A stretch of DNA of 64,000 nt from an uncultured Clostridia bacterium (GCA_947628115.1 CANQYS010000001.1:7837-71836), one strand, 5' to 3'; shown: positions 1-10,894, counted from the stretch's first letter. A program made the numbers and translations. Notes: generated by a model from the letters alone, not told the origin.

Positions 1-17
1 AAAGAAGGTTTTAATTT

Positions 18-2651
18 ATGAGCAAAAAGTATGTTTACCTTTTTAAAGAAGGAAATGCAAATATGCGTGAATTATTAGGTGGTAAAGGTGCTAATTTAGC
101 AGAAATGACAAATTTAGGCTTACCAATTCCACAAGGTTTTACTGTTTCAACAGAAGCTTGTACAGAATATTATAACGATGGTAAAAAAATTAATGAAGAA
201 ATTCAAAGCCAGATTTTTGAAGCATTAAAAAAATTAGAAGAAATGCAAGGCAAAAAATTTGGAGATAATAATGATCCATTACTAGTATCAGTAAGAAGTG
301 GTGCTAGAGCATCAATGCCTGGTATGATGGATACAATATTAAATTTAGGATTAAATGATGTAGCAGTTGAAGGATTCGCCGCAAAAACTGGAAATCCAAG
401 ATTTGCTTATGATTCATATAGAAGATTTATTCAAATGTATTCAGATGTTGTTATGGAAGTTCCAAAGTCTTTCTTTGAGAAAATAATTGATGAAGTAAAA
501 GAATCAAAAGGAGTTCATTACGATACTGAACTTACGACAGACGATTTAAAAGAATTAGTAAAAAGATTTAAAGCTGTATATAAAGAAGCAATGAAAGGTG
601 AAGAATTCCCACAAGATCCAGTAGAACAATTAATGGGTGCAGTTAAAGCTGTATTTAGAAGTTGGGATAATCCAAGAGCTATAGTATATAGAAGAATGAA
701 TGATATACCAGGAGATTGGGGAACAGCTGTAAATGTACAAGCTATGGTATTTGGTAATATGGGAGATACATCTGGAACAGGTGTTGCATTTACAAGAAAT
801 CCATCAACAGGTGAAAAAGGAATATTTGGTGAATACCTAATTAATGCACAAGGTGAAGACGTTGTTGCAGGCGTTAGAACACCACAACCAATTACAAAAC
901 TTGCAGAAGATTTACCAGAATGTTATAAACAATTTATGGAAATAGCAACTAAACTTGAAAATCACTATAGAGATATGCAAGATATGGAATTTACAATCCA
1001 AGAAGGAAAATTATACTTCTTACAAACAAGAAATGGAAAAAGAACAGCTCCAGCAGCTATAAAAATCGCTTGCGATTTAGTTGATGAAGGAATGATAACT
1101 AAAGAAGAAGCAGTTCTTAGAATAGAAGCTAAATCTTTAGACCAATTATTACACCCAACATTTGATAAAGACAGCCTGAAAGCAGGAGAAGTTATAGGGG
1201 AAGCACTTCCAGCATCTCCAGGTGCAGCAGCAGGTAAAGTAGTATTTACAGCTGAAGAAGCTAAAGAATTAGGAAATGGTGGAAAAGGTGAAAGAGTAAT
1301 TCTTGTTCGTTTGGAAACAACACCAGAAGATATTGAAGGTATGGTAGCTGCACAAGGTATACTTACAGTTCGTGGTGGTATGACATCACATGCAGCAGTT
1401 GTTGCTCGTGGTATGGGAACATGCTGTGTATCTGGATGTGGAGATATCAAAATGAATGAAGAAGCAAAAGAATTTGAACTTGGTGGATATACATTCCATG
1501 AAGGTGATTACATTTCATTAGATGGAACAACAGGAAAAATATACAAAGGTGATATAAAAACAGTAGAAGCCAGTGTAAGCGGAAACTTTGGAAGAATAAT
1601 GGGATGGGCAGATGAATTTAGAACTCTAAAAGTTAGAACAAATGCTGATAATCCAAGAGATACAAAAAATGCTGTTAACTTAGGAGCAGAAGGAATAGGA
1701 CTATGTAGAACAGAGCATATGTTCTTCGAAGAAGATAGAATTCCAAAAATCAGAAAAATGATTTTATCAGAAACAGTTGAAGCAAGAGAAGCAGCTTTAA
1801 ATGAATTAATACCATTCCAAAAAGGTGACTTTAAAGCTATGTACAAAGAACTTAAAGGATTACCAATGACAGTACGTTATTTAGATCCACCTTTGCATGA
1901 ATTCTTACCAACAGACGAAGAAGATATAAAAGCATTGGCAAAAGATATGGGTGTTAGTGTTGAACACTTAAAAGCAAAATGTGCAGAATTACATGAATTT
2001 AACCCAATGATGGGACACAGAGGATGCCGTCTTGCTGTTACATATCCAGAAATAGCTAGAATGCAAACAAGAGCATTAATGGAAGCAGCAATAGAAGTTA
2101 AAGCAGAAGATGGATACGATATAGTACCAGAAATAATGATTCCATTAATTGGAGAAAAGAAAGAATTAAAATTTGTTAAAGATATAGTTGTTGAAACAGC
2201 AGAACAAGTTAAAAAAGAAAAAGGATCAGATATGGAATACCATATTGGTACAATGATAGAAATACCAAGAGCAGCATTAACAGCTGATGAAATAGCTGAA
2301 GAAGCAGAATTCTTCTCTTTCGGAACAAATGACTTAACACAAATGACATTTGGTTTCTCAAGAGATGATGCTGGTAAATTCTTAGATTCATATTATAAAG
2401 CAAAAATTTATGAATCAGATCCATTTGCTAAGCTTGACCAAGATGGTGTTGGAAAATTAGTAAAAATGGCAGCTGAAAAGGGAAGAGCAACAAGACCAAA
2501 CATTAAACTTGGTATCTGTGGAGAGCATGGTGGAGAACCATCAAGTGTTGAATTCTGCCACAATGTAGGATTAAACTATGTGTCATGTTCACCATTTAGA
2601 GTTCCAATAGCAAGACTTGCAGCAGCTCAAGCAGCATTAAAAAATAAATAA
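18..2651 (+). CDS. ppdK: pyruvate, phosphate dikinase
   Basis: 877-aa ORF with an ATP-grasp N-terminus (GGKGANLAEM), the phospho-His swivel motif GGMTSHAAVVARG and a PEP-utiliser C-terminal barrel (GICGEHGG). Confidence 0.95.
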   Translation: MSKKYVYLFKEGNANMRELLGGKGANLAEMTNLGLPIPQGFTVSTEACTEYYNDGKKINEEIQSQIFEALKKLEEMQGKKFGDNNDPLLVSVRSGARASMPGMMDTILNLGLNDVAVEGFAAKTGNPRFAYDSYRRFIQMYSDVVMEVPKSFFEKIIDEVKESKGVHYDTELTTDDLKELVKRFKAVYKEAMKGEEFPQDPVEQLMGAVKAVFRSWDNPRAIVYRRMNDIPGDWGTAVNVQAMVFGNMGDTSGTGVAFTRNPSTGEKGIFGEYLINAQGEDVVAGVRTPQPITKLAEDLPECYKQFMEIATKLENHYRDMQDMEFTIQEGKLYFLQTRNGKRTAPAAIKIACDLVDEGMITKEEAVLRIEAKSLDQLLHPTFDKDSLKAGEVIGEALPASPGAAAGKVVFTAEEAKELGNGGKGERVILVRLETTPEDIEGMVAAQGILTVRGGMTSHAAVVARGMGTCCVSGCGDIKMNEEAKEFELGGYTFHEGDYISLDGTTGKIYKGDIKTVEASVSGNFGRIMGWADEFRTLKVRTNADNPRDTKNAVNLGAEGIGLCRTEHMFFEEDRIPKIRKMILSETVEAREAALNELIPFQKGDFKAMYKELKGLPMTVRYLDPPLHEFLPTDEEDIKALAKDMGVSVEHLKAKCAELHEFNPMMGHRGCRLAVTYPEIARMQTRALMEAAIEVKAEDGYDIVPEIMIPLIGEKKELKFVKDIVVETAEQVKKEKGSDMEYHIGTMIEIPRAALTADEIAEEAEFFSFGTNDLTQMTFGFSRDDAGKFLDSYYKAKIYESDPFAKLDQDGVGKLVKMAAEKGRATRPNIKLGICGEHGGEPSSVEFCHNVGLNYVSCSPFRVPIARLAAAQAALKNK

Positions 2652-2660
2652 AATTTATAT

Positions 2661-2696
2661 AAAAAACTACGCATTTTACAATGTGTAGTTTTTTTA
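2661..2696 (+). terminator. rho-independent terminator after ppdK
   Basis: Hairpin CTACGCA/TGTGTAG (one mismatch) followed by a T-run. Confidence 0.55.
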
Positions 2697-2713
2697 ATAT
2701 AATTTAATTAAAT

Positions 2714-2823
2714 AAATTGTAGTTTGTTTGTTTTTCGGTGAATTCAGGACAGTCCCAAAAATCCCCAAAATTGGTGATTTTAAAGGACAGTCCCTAGAAT
2801 TCCCCGAACACAAACTACAATTT
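2714..2823. repeat. 110-bp MITE-like palindromic repeat, copy 1 (family A)
   Basis: Near-identical copies at 62124-62234 (same orientation) and 50309-50419 (inverted). Termini are AAATTGTAGTTTGT / ACAAACTACAATTT, with an internal duplicated GGACAGTCCC core. Confidence 0.9.
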
Positions 2824-2834
2824 AGTGTAAAATA

Positions 2835-3032
2835 TTAATCATTTGAAGAAGAATTGTATAAATCACTTTCATATAAATCATCTATATATACGTCCTTTTC
2901 CTTAGAGCCATCTAAAAATCCGATTCTAGCAATATCATCATGTACTTCTTGTATCCATACAGGTTTTTCATTATAATAAACCTCGTTTAATTGTCTATGA
3001 TTTAAAATTTCATTTATTCTTTGTTTATTCAT
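2835..3032 (-). CDS. sspH: small acid-soluble spore protein, H-type
   Basis: 65-aa ORF. The N-terminal pattern MNKQRINEIL..NEVYYNEKPVWIQEV resembles the SspH family (M..QRA.EI....I.V.Y.G.PV.I). RBS GGAGG lies upstream. Confidence 0.65.
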   Translation of the reverse strand: MNKQRINEILNHRQLNEVYYNEKPVWIQEVHDDIARIGFLDGSKEKDVYIDDLYESDLYNSSSND

Positions 3033-3153
3033 TTTAAACCTCCGTTCACGTTATTAATAACATTATATCCAAAAAAAGTAAAAAAATACTTGATAATATA
3101 TAATTAAAAATATATAATGAAATAAATACATTAGAAAAAAAAGGAGAAAATAC

Positions 3154-4176
3154 ATGAAAGATAAAATAATAAATTTAAAAAATAAGATAATCTCATTTTT
3201 ATTAAAGCATAAAAAAATAAGTATTATCACTTTGATAATAGTTTTAATTATAATTGCAATAATAATATGTGTATTATGTACTAAAACAGAAATAGGAAAT
3301 ACAAATGGTAATTTAAACAATGTTGGATTTACAACTAAAAATGGGAAATGGATATATTACCAAGGATATAATAACAGTATGGTAGATGGAATATACAAAT
3401 CGAACGGAACTAAAACAGAAAAAATATTAGACAATTATGGAATATATTTAAATAATTCTGGTAAATATATATTTTTTGTAGATGCAGAAGATAATAGTAT
3501 AAAGAAAATAAAAAATAATGGTAAAAATATTAAAACAATAGTTGAAGATATTGACATAGATATGATGACTGTTATAGATAATTGGATTTATTATTTTGAC
3601 GATTCCAATTTTTATAAAATTAAAACTAATGGGAAAGATAAAAAAATATTATTAGAAAAGACAATAGAAAATTATCAAATTGTAGGAAATTGGATATATT
3701 ATTCTTATAGAAGTAATGGAAATTATATAATAGCTAAAATGAAAACAAATGGAGAAAATAATACAAAAATAGATGAACAAGCTGGAAAAAATTTCTTTGT
3801 TGATGGAAATAAAATTTATTATATTTATGAACAGCAAAATTCTGAAAATAATAATTATTCATGTGAGATTTATAAACTAAAAACTAATGGCAAAAATAAA
3901 GAAAAAATAGCTGACATAAGTGGAAATGTAAATGTAGATACATCTAACTATTCTGAAAATTTTATGTACTATACTAAAAGAAATGATGATGACAAACTTG
4001 CAATATATAAAATAGATTTAAAACAAATGAATGAAACAAAAATAGTAGATATAAACGGATATAGTACTTATATAAATGTATATAAAAATTGGATTTATTA
4101 TCCAGACCAAAATGATAATGGAGATATACAAATGTTTAAAGTAAAAACAAATGGAGAAAATAAACAAAATATGTAA
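3154..4176 (+). CDS. membrane-anchored beta-propeller repeat protein (DUF5050-like)
   Basis: N-terminal TM helix followed by repeated NWIYY / KTNG..K motifs typical of DUF5050-type propellers. Confidence 0.5.
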   Translation: MKDKIINLKNKIISFLLKHKKISIITLIIVLIIIAIIICVLCTKTEIGNTNGNLNNVGFTTKNGKWIYYQGYNNSMVDGIYKSNGTKTEKILDNYGIYLNNSGKYIFFVDAEDNSIKKIKNNGKNIKTIVEDIDIDMMTVIDNWIYYFDDSNFYKIKTNGKDKKILLEKTIENYQIVGNWIYYSYRSNGNYIIAKMKTNGENNTKIDEQAGKNFFVDGNKIYYIYEQQNSENNNYSCEIYKLKTNGKNKEKIADISGNVNVDTSNYSENFMYYTKRNDDDKLAIYKIDLKQMNETKIVDINGYSTYINVYKNWIYYPDQNDNGDIQMFKVKTNGENKQNM

Positions 4177-4237
4177 AAAATTGGGGTTGCAATAAATGCA
4201 ACCCTAAGTGTTATATAAAATAAATTGGAGGATTTAT

Positions 4238-5878
4238 ATGCAAATTAAATATGACAATACTGTAATAGATGTAAAAAAAGGTACAAAAGTAATAGATTTA
4301 TTTAGTCAGGAAATAAGCAAAAGTAATAATGAAATAATAGCTTGCAAATTTAATAATGAGGTAAAAAGTCTTAATTATGAAATAAATACAGATGGAGAAT
4401 TAGAATTAATAGATATAAAAAATAAAGATGGAATGAGAATATATAAGAGGGGACTGATATATATAGTTTCTAAAGCTTTTAATGAATTATATCCAAAAGC
4501 TTTACTTACAGTTAATTTTCAATTATATCATTCAATGTTATGTGATATAGATAACATAACATTAACAGATGAAATGATACAAAATGTTGATAAACGTGTA
4601 AAAGAAATAATAAATAAAAATATTCCAATTACAAAAAAAATAATACCTAAAGAAGAGGCTGAAGTATTTTATAATAAGGAAAAAACTTTAAAAGGAAGAC
4701 TACAATTAGATTTAAAAGATAAAAAAGAAGTAACTTTGTATTGTTGTGAAGATTATTATAATTATTTTTATGGTGTAATGCCAATTTCTACAGGATGCAT
4801 AAAAGAATATGAAGTATTAAATTACAAAGGAAGAATTTTAATTAGATATCCAAGCAGAAAAAATCCATATATTTTACCTGAATTTATAGAATGTCCTAAG
4901 CTTTTAGAAACACTTGATGAGTATGAAAAAGTTCACAAAATTCTTAATATAAATACTTTATATAAATTGAATAAGCTAATAAAAAAAGGAAATATAAAAG
5001 ACTATATTTTATTAGATGAAGCATTGCATGAGAAAAAAATAGCTAAAATAGCAGATGAAATTTCAAATAGAAAAGAAACAAAAGTAGTACTTATTGCAGG
5101 ACCTTCTTCATCTGGAAAAACTACGTTTGCAAAAAGACTAGAACTAGAATTAAGACTAAATGGACTAAAAACAAAAACAATATCAGTTGATAATTATTTT
5201 GTAGAAAGAGAAGATACGCCAAAAAATGAAAATGGAGAATATGATTTTGAGGCAATAGAAGCAATAGATACAAAGCTTTTAAATAATGATTTAATAAAGT
5301 TATTAAATGGTAAAGAAATAAAAATGCCAACATTTAATTTTCACGAAGGAAAAAAAGAATTTAAGGGAAATACAATGAAACTTGCAGAAGACGAAATTTT
5401 AATAATGGAAGGAATTCATTGTTTAAATGATAAACTTACATTTTTAATACCAAAAGAACAAAAATATAAAATTTATATTAGTTGTTTAACAGTGCTAAAT
5501 ATAGATTATTATAATAGAATTTCAACAACTGACACAAGATTAATAAGAAGAATAGTAAGAGACAATCAATTTAGGGGATATAGCGCTCTGCATACTTTAA
5601 AAATGTGGCCATCTGTAAATAAAGGAGAAGCAAAAAATATATTTACTTATCAAGAAGAAGCTGATGTAATGTTTAATTCATCTTTAATATATGAACTAAG
5701 TGTATTAAAAAATTATGCAATTCCATTATTAAAAGAAATAAAACAACAAGAACCTGAATATTCTGAAGCTAAAAGATTAATATCTATGTTAGAATATTTT
5801 GAAACAATATCGTCAAAATTTATTCTAAAAAATTCTCTCCTTAGAGAATTTATAGGTAATAGTATATTTGATGAATAG
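4238..5878 (+). CDS. uridine kinase-family ATPase with N-terminal TGS-like domain
   Basis: Walker A GPSSSGKTTF and the uridine kinase/PRK fold motif IMEGIH. The ATG at 4238 is preferred because RBS GGAGGA lies 7 nt upstream. Confidence 0.7.
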   Translation: MQIKYDNTVIDVKKGTKVIDLFSQEISKSNNEIIACKFNNEVKSLNYEINTDGELELIDIKNKDGMRIYKRGLIYIVSKAFNELYPKALLTVNFQLYHSMLCDIDNITLTDEMIQNVDKRVKEIINKNIPITKKIIPKEEAEVFYNKEKTLKGRLQLDLKDKKEVTLYCCEDYYNYFYGVMPISTGCIKEYEVLNYKGRILIRYPSRKNPYILPEFIECPKLLETLDEYEKVHKILNINTLYKLNKLIKKGNIKDYILLDEALHEKKIAKIADEISNRKETKVVLIAGPSSSGKTTFAKRLELELRLNGLKTKTISVDNYFVEREDTPKNENGEYDFEAIEAIDTKLLNNDLIKLLNGKEIKMPTFNFHEGKKEFKGNTMKLAEDEILIMEGIHCLNDKLTFLIPKEQKYKIYISCLTVLNIDYYNRISTTDTRLIRRIVRDNQFRGYSALHTLKMWPSVNKGEAKNIFTYQEEADVMFNSSLIYELSVLKNYAIPLLKEIKQQEPEYSEAKRLISMLEYFETISSKFILKNSLLREFIGNSIFDE

Positions 5879-5897
5879 TTTGAGGTGAATAATAACT

Positions 5898-6209
5898 GTG
5901 AAAAAATTTAACGAAATAGATGAAGAATTTATATGTGAAAACTGTGGAAAAAAAGTAGAAAAATTAGGATATTCATGCAGAAATCACTGTAATCATTGTT
6001 TATATTCAAAACATGTAGATATAAATCCTGGAGATAGGCAAGAAGAATGTCAAGGACTATTAGAACCAATAGGGATAGAAATAAATAATAAAAAGGGATA
6101 TGTAATAGTATATAAATGCAAAAAATGTGGGCAAATTAGAAAAAATAAAGCAGCAAAAGATGATAATATGGACATGATAATAAAATTAAGTGCAGAGAAT
6201 TTTTTTTAG
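5898..6209 (+). CDS. RNHCP domain protein (Cys-rich zinc-ribbon)
   Basis: Contains the literal RNHCNHC motif plus CxxC pairs. GTG start after RBS GAGGTG. Confidence 0.65.
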   Translation: MKKFNEIDEEFICENCGKKVEKLGYSCRNHCNHCLYSKHVDINPGDRQEECQGLLEPIGIEINNKKGYVIVYKCKKCGQIRKNKAAKDDNMDMIIKLSAENFF

Positions 6210-6214
6210 GCAGA

Positions 6215-6247
6215 TTTTTTTCCTTTTCCGTCCGGAAAAGGAAAAAA
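6215..6247. repeat. palindromic hairpin TTCCTTTTCCG-TC-CGGAAAAGGAA (family C module)
   Basis: Perfect inverted repeat. The same GTCCGTCCGGAAAAGGAAAAAG module occurs at 49186-49207. Confidence 0.6.
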
Positions 6248-6268
6248 TAATAGGAGGTGATATATAAT

Positions 6269-7168
6269 ATGAAAAGAATATGTGTTATAGGTAGTTGTAA
6301 TATGGATTTGTTTTATAACACAAATAGAATACCAAAACAAGGAGAGACAGTGATTGGTAACAGCTTTTCTGAAGCATGTGGTGGAAAAGGAGCAAATCAA
6401 GCAATTGCAAGTGCTAAATTAGGAGGTATAGTTTCTTTTATAGGTAAAATTGGAAATGATATATATGGCGAAAAATTATTAGATAATTTTAAAAATAACA
6501 ATGTTAATATTAATAATTTAGAAACTTGTAATAAAAATACTGGACTTGCAATAATAGGTAGATGCAATAATGATAATAGAATAGTAATTATACCAGGTGC
6601 TAATAACGAAGTTACAATAGATTTTATAAAGAAAATAGAAGATAAAATACTAGAATTTGATATAATTATATGCCAATTAGAAATTCCAATAAATTCGGTG
6701 GAATACATAGCAAAAATTTGTAAAGAAAGTAATAAAATATTTATACTAAATCCAGCACCTGCTCAGAAATTAAGTAAAAATCTTATAGAAAATTGTACAT
6801 ACATAATACCGAATGAGATAGAAATATTAGAAATTTTTGAAGAAAAAAATGTAGAAAAGATATTACAGGAATATCCACAAAAAGTAATTCTAACTAATGG
6901 AAATAAAGGAGTAGAATATTGTATAAATAATAATATAGTAAATGTTCCAGCAAGAAAAGTAGAAGTACAAGATACAACAGGAGCAGGAGATACTTTTATT
7001 GGGGCATTTGCATATGCGATATCAAATGCATTGGAATTTAATTATGCAATAGAATTTGCAAATACAGCGGCAGCTTTATCTGTTACAAAAATGGGAGCTC
7101 AAAATGGAATGCCAAATTTAAAACAAGTAGAAGAAACAAAAAATGAAATTGATAAAAAAAGGAGGTAG
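6269..7168 (+). CDS. rbsK: ribokinase
   Basis: PfkB-family motifs GGKGANQA and DTTGAGDTF. RBS AGGAGG lies upstream of the ATG at 6269. Confidence 0.8.
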   Translation: MKRICVIGSCNMDLFYNTNRIPKQGETVIGNSFSEACGGKGANQAIASAKLGGIVSFIGKIGNDIYGEKLLDNFKNNNVNINNLETCNKNTGLAIIGRCNNDNRIVIIPGANNEVTIDFIKKIEDKILEFDIIICQLEIPINSVEYIAKICKESNKIFILNPAPAQKLSKNLIENCTYIIPNEIEILEIFEEKNVEKILQEYPQKVILTNGNKGVEYCINNNIVNVPARKVEVQDTTGAGDTFIGAFAYAISNALEFNYAIEFANTAAALSVTKMGAQNGMPNLKQVEETKNEIDKKRR

Positions 7169-7174
7169 TAAACG

Positions 7175-8122
7175 ATGAAAAGTATTGATTTACATATGCA
7201 TACAGAATATTCAGATGGGGAATATAGTGTAGCTGAAGTTTTAAAAGAATGTGAGAATATGGGATTATCTGTTATATCAATTACAGATCATGATGTTGTA
7301 GGAGCATATGAAGAGATGGAAAAAAAACCTGAAACAAGAAAAATATTTTCAGGGAAAATAATTGCAGGAACAGAGCTAAGTTTTAATAAAGACGGATATT
7401 TATTTGATGTATTAGGATATAATATAGATTGGAAAAAAATGCAGAATCTATTAGATAGTAGAATGGATATTGATGAAAAAAAACAAATGCAAGCAACATT
7501 ATTAGAAGAATGGAAACAAGTATGTAAAAAAAAGGGAATAAAATTTGATGAAAGAATAGAAACTACAAATGGAACAAAAATTGAAGCTTTTAATTTATTA
7601 TATTCCGATATTTCAAATTTTGATAAGTATCCAGAAAACAGGAGATTTGCAGAGTATATAGCTAAGAAAAATAGAGCATTTTTTTATAAAAGATATTTTT
7701 CAAACCCTAAAAGTGAATTTTTTGTATATGAATCAAGATTTTCACCAACACTAAAAGAAGCAATTGATATGATACATAAATGCGGAGGAAAAGCATTTTT
7801 AGCACATGCATTTGCATATGGATTAGAAGATACAATAGGTTTTATAAATGATGCTATAAAAGAAGGAATAGATGGTATAGAGCAATACTATTCTACATTT
7901 ACACCTGTGCATGAGAATATAATAAGAGAATTAGCACAAAAGAATTCCTTGTATGTATCAGGAGGAACAGATTTTCATGGACCTAATGTAAAATCAGATA
8001 TAAATATTGGAATAGGAAGAGGAAATATGAATGTTCCAGAATCAATAATTTTTCCTTGGATGCCTAGTAAATGTTTTTTAGATAATAACAAAGATAATAA
8101 AGTAGAAGAAAAAATATTATAA
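7175..8122 (+). CDS. PHP-domain metal-dependent phosphoesterase
   Basis: N-terminal DLHMHTEYSDG and C-terminal GGTDFHG PHP signature motifs. Confidence 0.7.
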   Translation: MKSIDLHMHTEYSDGEYSVAEVLKECENMGLSVISITDHDVVGAYEEMEKKPETRKIFSGKIIAGTELSFNKDGYLFDVLGYNIDWKKMQNLLDSRMDIDEKKQMQATLLEEWKQVCKKKGIKFDERIETTNGTKIEAFNLLYSDISNFDKYPENRRFAEYIAKKNRAFFYKRYFSNPKSEFFVYESRFSPTLKEAIDMIHKCGGKAFLAHAFAYGLEDTIGFINDAIKEGIDGIEQYYSTFTPVHENIIRELAQKNSLYVSGGTDFHGPNVKSDINIGIGRGNMNVPESIIFPWMPSKCFLDNNKDNKVEEKIL

Positions 8123-8140
8123 AAACGAATAAAAAACAAA

Positions 8141-8170
8141 AAGATGATCTATGTAGATAGGTCATCTTTT
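8141..8170. terminator. bidirectional terminator between convergent genes
   Basis: Hairpin AAGATGATCT/AGGTCATCTT flanked by A-runs and T-runs. Confidence 0.5.
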
Positions 8171-8176
8171 ATATTA

Positions 8177-9076
8177 TTATCTTATATTTTGTAAAGCTTC
8201 AATTCTATCATCTATGCTTGGATGTGTAGAAAATAAACCAGCTTTTTTCTTACCATTAGCATTCTTTTTAAAAGGATTTATAATGTACATATTTTCTGTT
8301 GCTTTGTTTGCAAATTTTAATTCGTTAGGATCTTCATCTAATTTTCTTAAAGCTGATATTAATCCATCAGGATTTCTAGTAAATTCTACTGCTGTACTAT
8401 CTGCTAAGAATTCCCTTCTTCTTGAGACAGCCATTTGCATTATTTTTCCAAGTATTGGAGCAAATATTAAAAAGATTAAACCTATCAACATGAGTATGCC
8501 ACTTCCACTATTATCATTATCTTTGTTCCTATTACCTCTATAGATAAAAGTTCTAGTAAAAATATCAGAAAGCATTACTATAAAACCAACCATTACAGTT
8601 ACAACAGCTGAAAGTAATATATCATAATTCTTTATGTGAGCCATTTCATGAGCAATAACACCTTCTAATTCATAATATTCTAATTTATCTAAAAGGCCAG
8701 TAGTTACACAAATAATAGAGTGTTCTGGATTTCTACCTGTTGCAAAAGCATTGGGTTGACTATCATCAACAACATATAATCTTGGCTTATAAGAAAGTCC
8801 AGAGGATATCATAAGTCCATCTAGAATATTAATAATTTTTTTGTGCTCTTCTACAGTTGCAGGTCTTGCATGAGAAACAGATAAAATAATTTTATCACTG
8901 TTATAATATGTTGCCCAACAACTTAGAATAGAAAATAATAGTGAAATAAATATTGCAAATGATGCATCTAAATCAAATGTCATACATAAATAATATAAAA
9001 TTAAAGTTATTATTAAAATAAAACCAGAAACAATAAAACCAGTTTTCATTTTATTTCTTCTAACATCTTCTAACAT
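8177..9076 (-). CDS. htpX: zinc metalloprotease HtpX (M48)
   Basis: TM helices, HEMAHIKNYD zinc motif and C-terminal STHPSIDDRI. The ATG at 9076 is preferred because RBS AGGTGA lies upstream. Confidence 0.85.
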   Translation of the reverse strand: MLEDVRRNKMKTGFIVSGFILIITLILYYLCMTFDLDASFAIFISLLFSILSCWATYYNSDKIILSVSHARPATVEEHKKIINILDGLMISSGLSYKPRLYVVDDSQPNAFATGRNPEHSIICVTTGLLDKLEYYELEGVIAHEMAHIKNYDILLSAVVTVMVGFIVMLSDIFTRTFIYRGNRNKDNDNSGSGILMLIGLIFLIFAPILGKIMQMAVSRRREFLADSTAVEFTRNPDGLISALRKLDEDPNELKFANKATENMYIINPFKKNANGKKKAGLFSTHPSIDDRIEALQNIR

Positions 9077-9404
9077 ATTTATCACCTAATAACATTATAA
9101 CATTATTATAATTTAAATACAAATATAAGTTTAAAAAATTTAATATAATTAGGTATTACAGTTAAGTAAGTAATAGAAAAATACTTCTCCAGCTAACGAA
9201 AATATTCCATGAACGATTTAATATGCCCTGTAATAAAATGTAGTATATGAAAAAAATCTAATGTATAAGTTTTCATATAAAACATCAATGTGAAGGAATT
9301 AATTAAAATTATAAAAATATATTGCAAAATAAATTAATATAAATATATAATTATAAAGTAAAAAATATTTATTAAAGCAATTAATTGCTAAAAATGGAGG
9401 GTAT

Positions 9405-10846
9405 ATGAGAAAAACAAAAATAGTCTGTACTTTAGGACCTGCAACAGATGATCCTGAGGTTTTAAAAGAATTAATGAGAGCTGGAATGAATGTTGGAAGA
9501 GTAAACTTTTCACATGGAAATTATCAAGATCAAGAGGAAAGAATTAATGTATTTAAAAGGATAAGAGGAGAATTAGGATTACCAATACCACTTCTTTTAG
9601 ATACACAAGGCCCAGAAATTAGAATAGGAAAATTTAATAATGATAAAGCTTTTTTAGAAAATGGAAAGACATTTACATTATTAAATGAAGATACTTTGGG
9701 AAATGAAACAAAAGTATCTATAACATATAAAGAACTATATAAGGATGTAGAAATTGGAAGAACCATATTAATAAACGATGGCACTATAGAACTAAAAGTA
9801 AAGGAAATAGTTAATAAAGATATAGTTTGCGAAGTTATACAAGGAGGATATTTAACTAATAGAAAAAGTATTAATGTACCAGATTTAGTTTTAAATTTAC
9901 CAAGTATTACCGAAAAAGATATAGCAGATATAAAATATGGTATTACAGTAGGTTTTGACTATATTGCTGCATCTTTTGTTAGAAAACCAGAAGATGTACT
10001 TGCTATAAAACAAGTATTAAAAGAAAATAACGGAGAACATATAAAAGTCATTTCAAAAATTGAAAATAGAGAGGGAATAAATAATTTTGACAAAATATTA
10101 GAGGTATCAGATGGAATTATGGTAGCAAGAGGAGATCTTGGTGTAGAAATACCTATGGAAGAAGTACCAATATACCAAAAACAATTTATTAAAAAAACAT
10201 ATAAACAAGGAAAACCAGTAATAACTGCAACACAAATGTTAGAGTCTATGATAACAAATCCAAAACCAACTAGAGCAGAAGTAAGTGATATAGCAAATGC
10301 AATATATGATGGAACAAGTTGTATAATGCTTTCACGGAGAAACAGCAACAGGAAATTACCCTGTAGAATGTGTAAAAACAATGGATAAAGTGGCAAAAAA
10401 AATAGAACAATCAGTTAAATATTGGAAGAGATTTAAAAACAGAGAATACAGCTTGGAAGAATTAGATTATAAATTTAATATGAATTATTCAGTATGTACA
10501 CTTGCTGCAAATATAAACGCAAAAGCTATAATTGCATATACAAACACTGGAGATACCTCAAGAATACTATCTAGTTTTGGACCAGAATGTCCAATATTTG
10601 CAATAACAGAAACCGAAACAACATATAGACAACTCCGGAGCAGCATGGAACATTATACCTAAATTATTTCCTCATCAAGAAACAATAGATAAATTGGTAT
10701 ATTTAGGTATAGATACATTAAAAAGAGAAGGAGTATTAAAACATGGAGATAAAGTTGTGATTGCAGGAGGATCAAAAGTAGTAACAGATTTATCAGACCA
10801 AGAAGCTAAAATAAATACGGTAATGGGTGGAATAGTAGAAATATAA
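9405..10846 (+). CDS. pyk: pyruvate kinase; full length requires +1 shifts at CGG 10335 and CGG 10636
   Basis: N-terminus [13 protein letters not shown]. The conserved [19 protein letters not shown] is only obtained by skipping C10335. The C-terminal [11 protein letters not shown]...GDKVVIAGG is only obtained by skipping C10636. Confidence 0.9.
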
Positions 10847-10850
10847 AATA

Positions 10851-10885
10851 AAGTCGGCACTATTTTGTTATAGTGTCGACTTTTA
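10851..10885 (+). terminator. rho-independent terminator after pyk
   Basis: GTCGGCACTAT/ATAGTGTCGAC hairpin followed by TTTT. Confidence 0.6.
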
Positions 10886-10894
10886 AAAAATTTG

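Noticed and set aside
965-1846. Antisense ORFs inside ppdK (965-1450, 1508-1846). Similar antisense or out-of-frame ORFs lie inside most large genes (for example 9959-10396, 28320-28649, 46916-47331).
   Set aside because: They overlap well-supported conserved genes on the opposite strand or in another frame. They lack RBSs and have low-complexity, unrecognisable translations.
10675-10860. 61-aa minus-strand ORF at the end of the pyk region.
   Set aside because: It is antisense to the third-frame C-terminal segment of pyruvate kinase (..[13 protein letters not shown]..), which is clearly the real coding strand.
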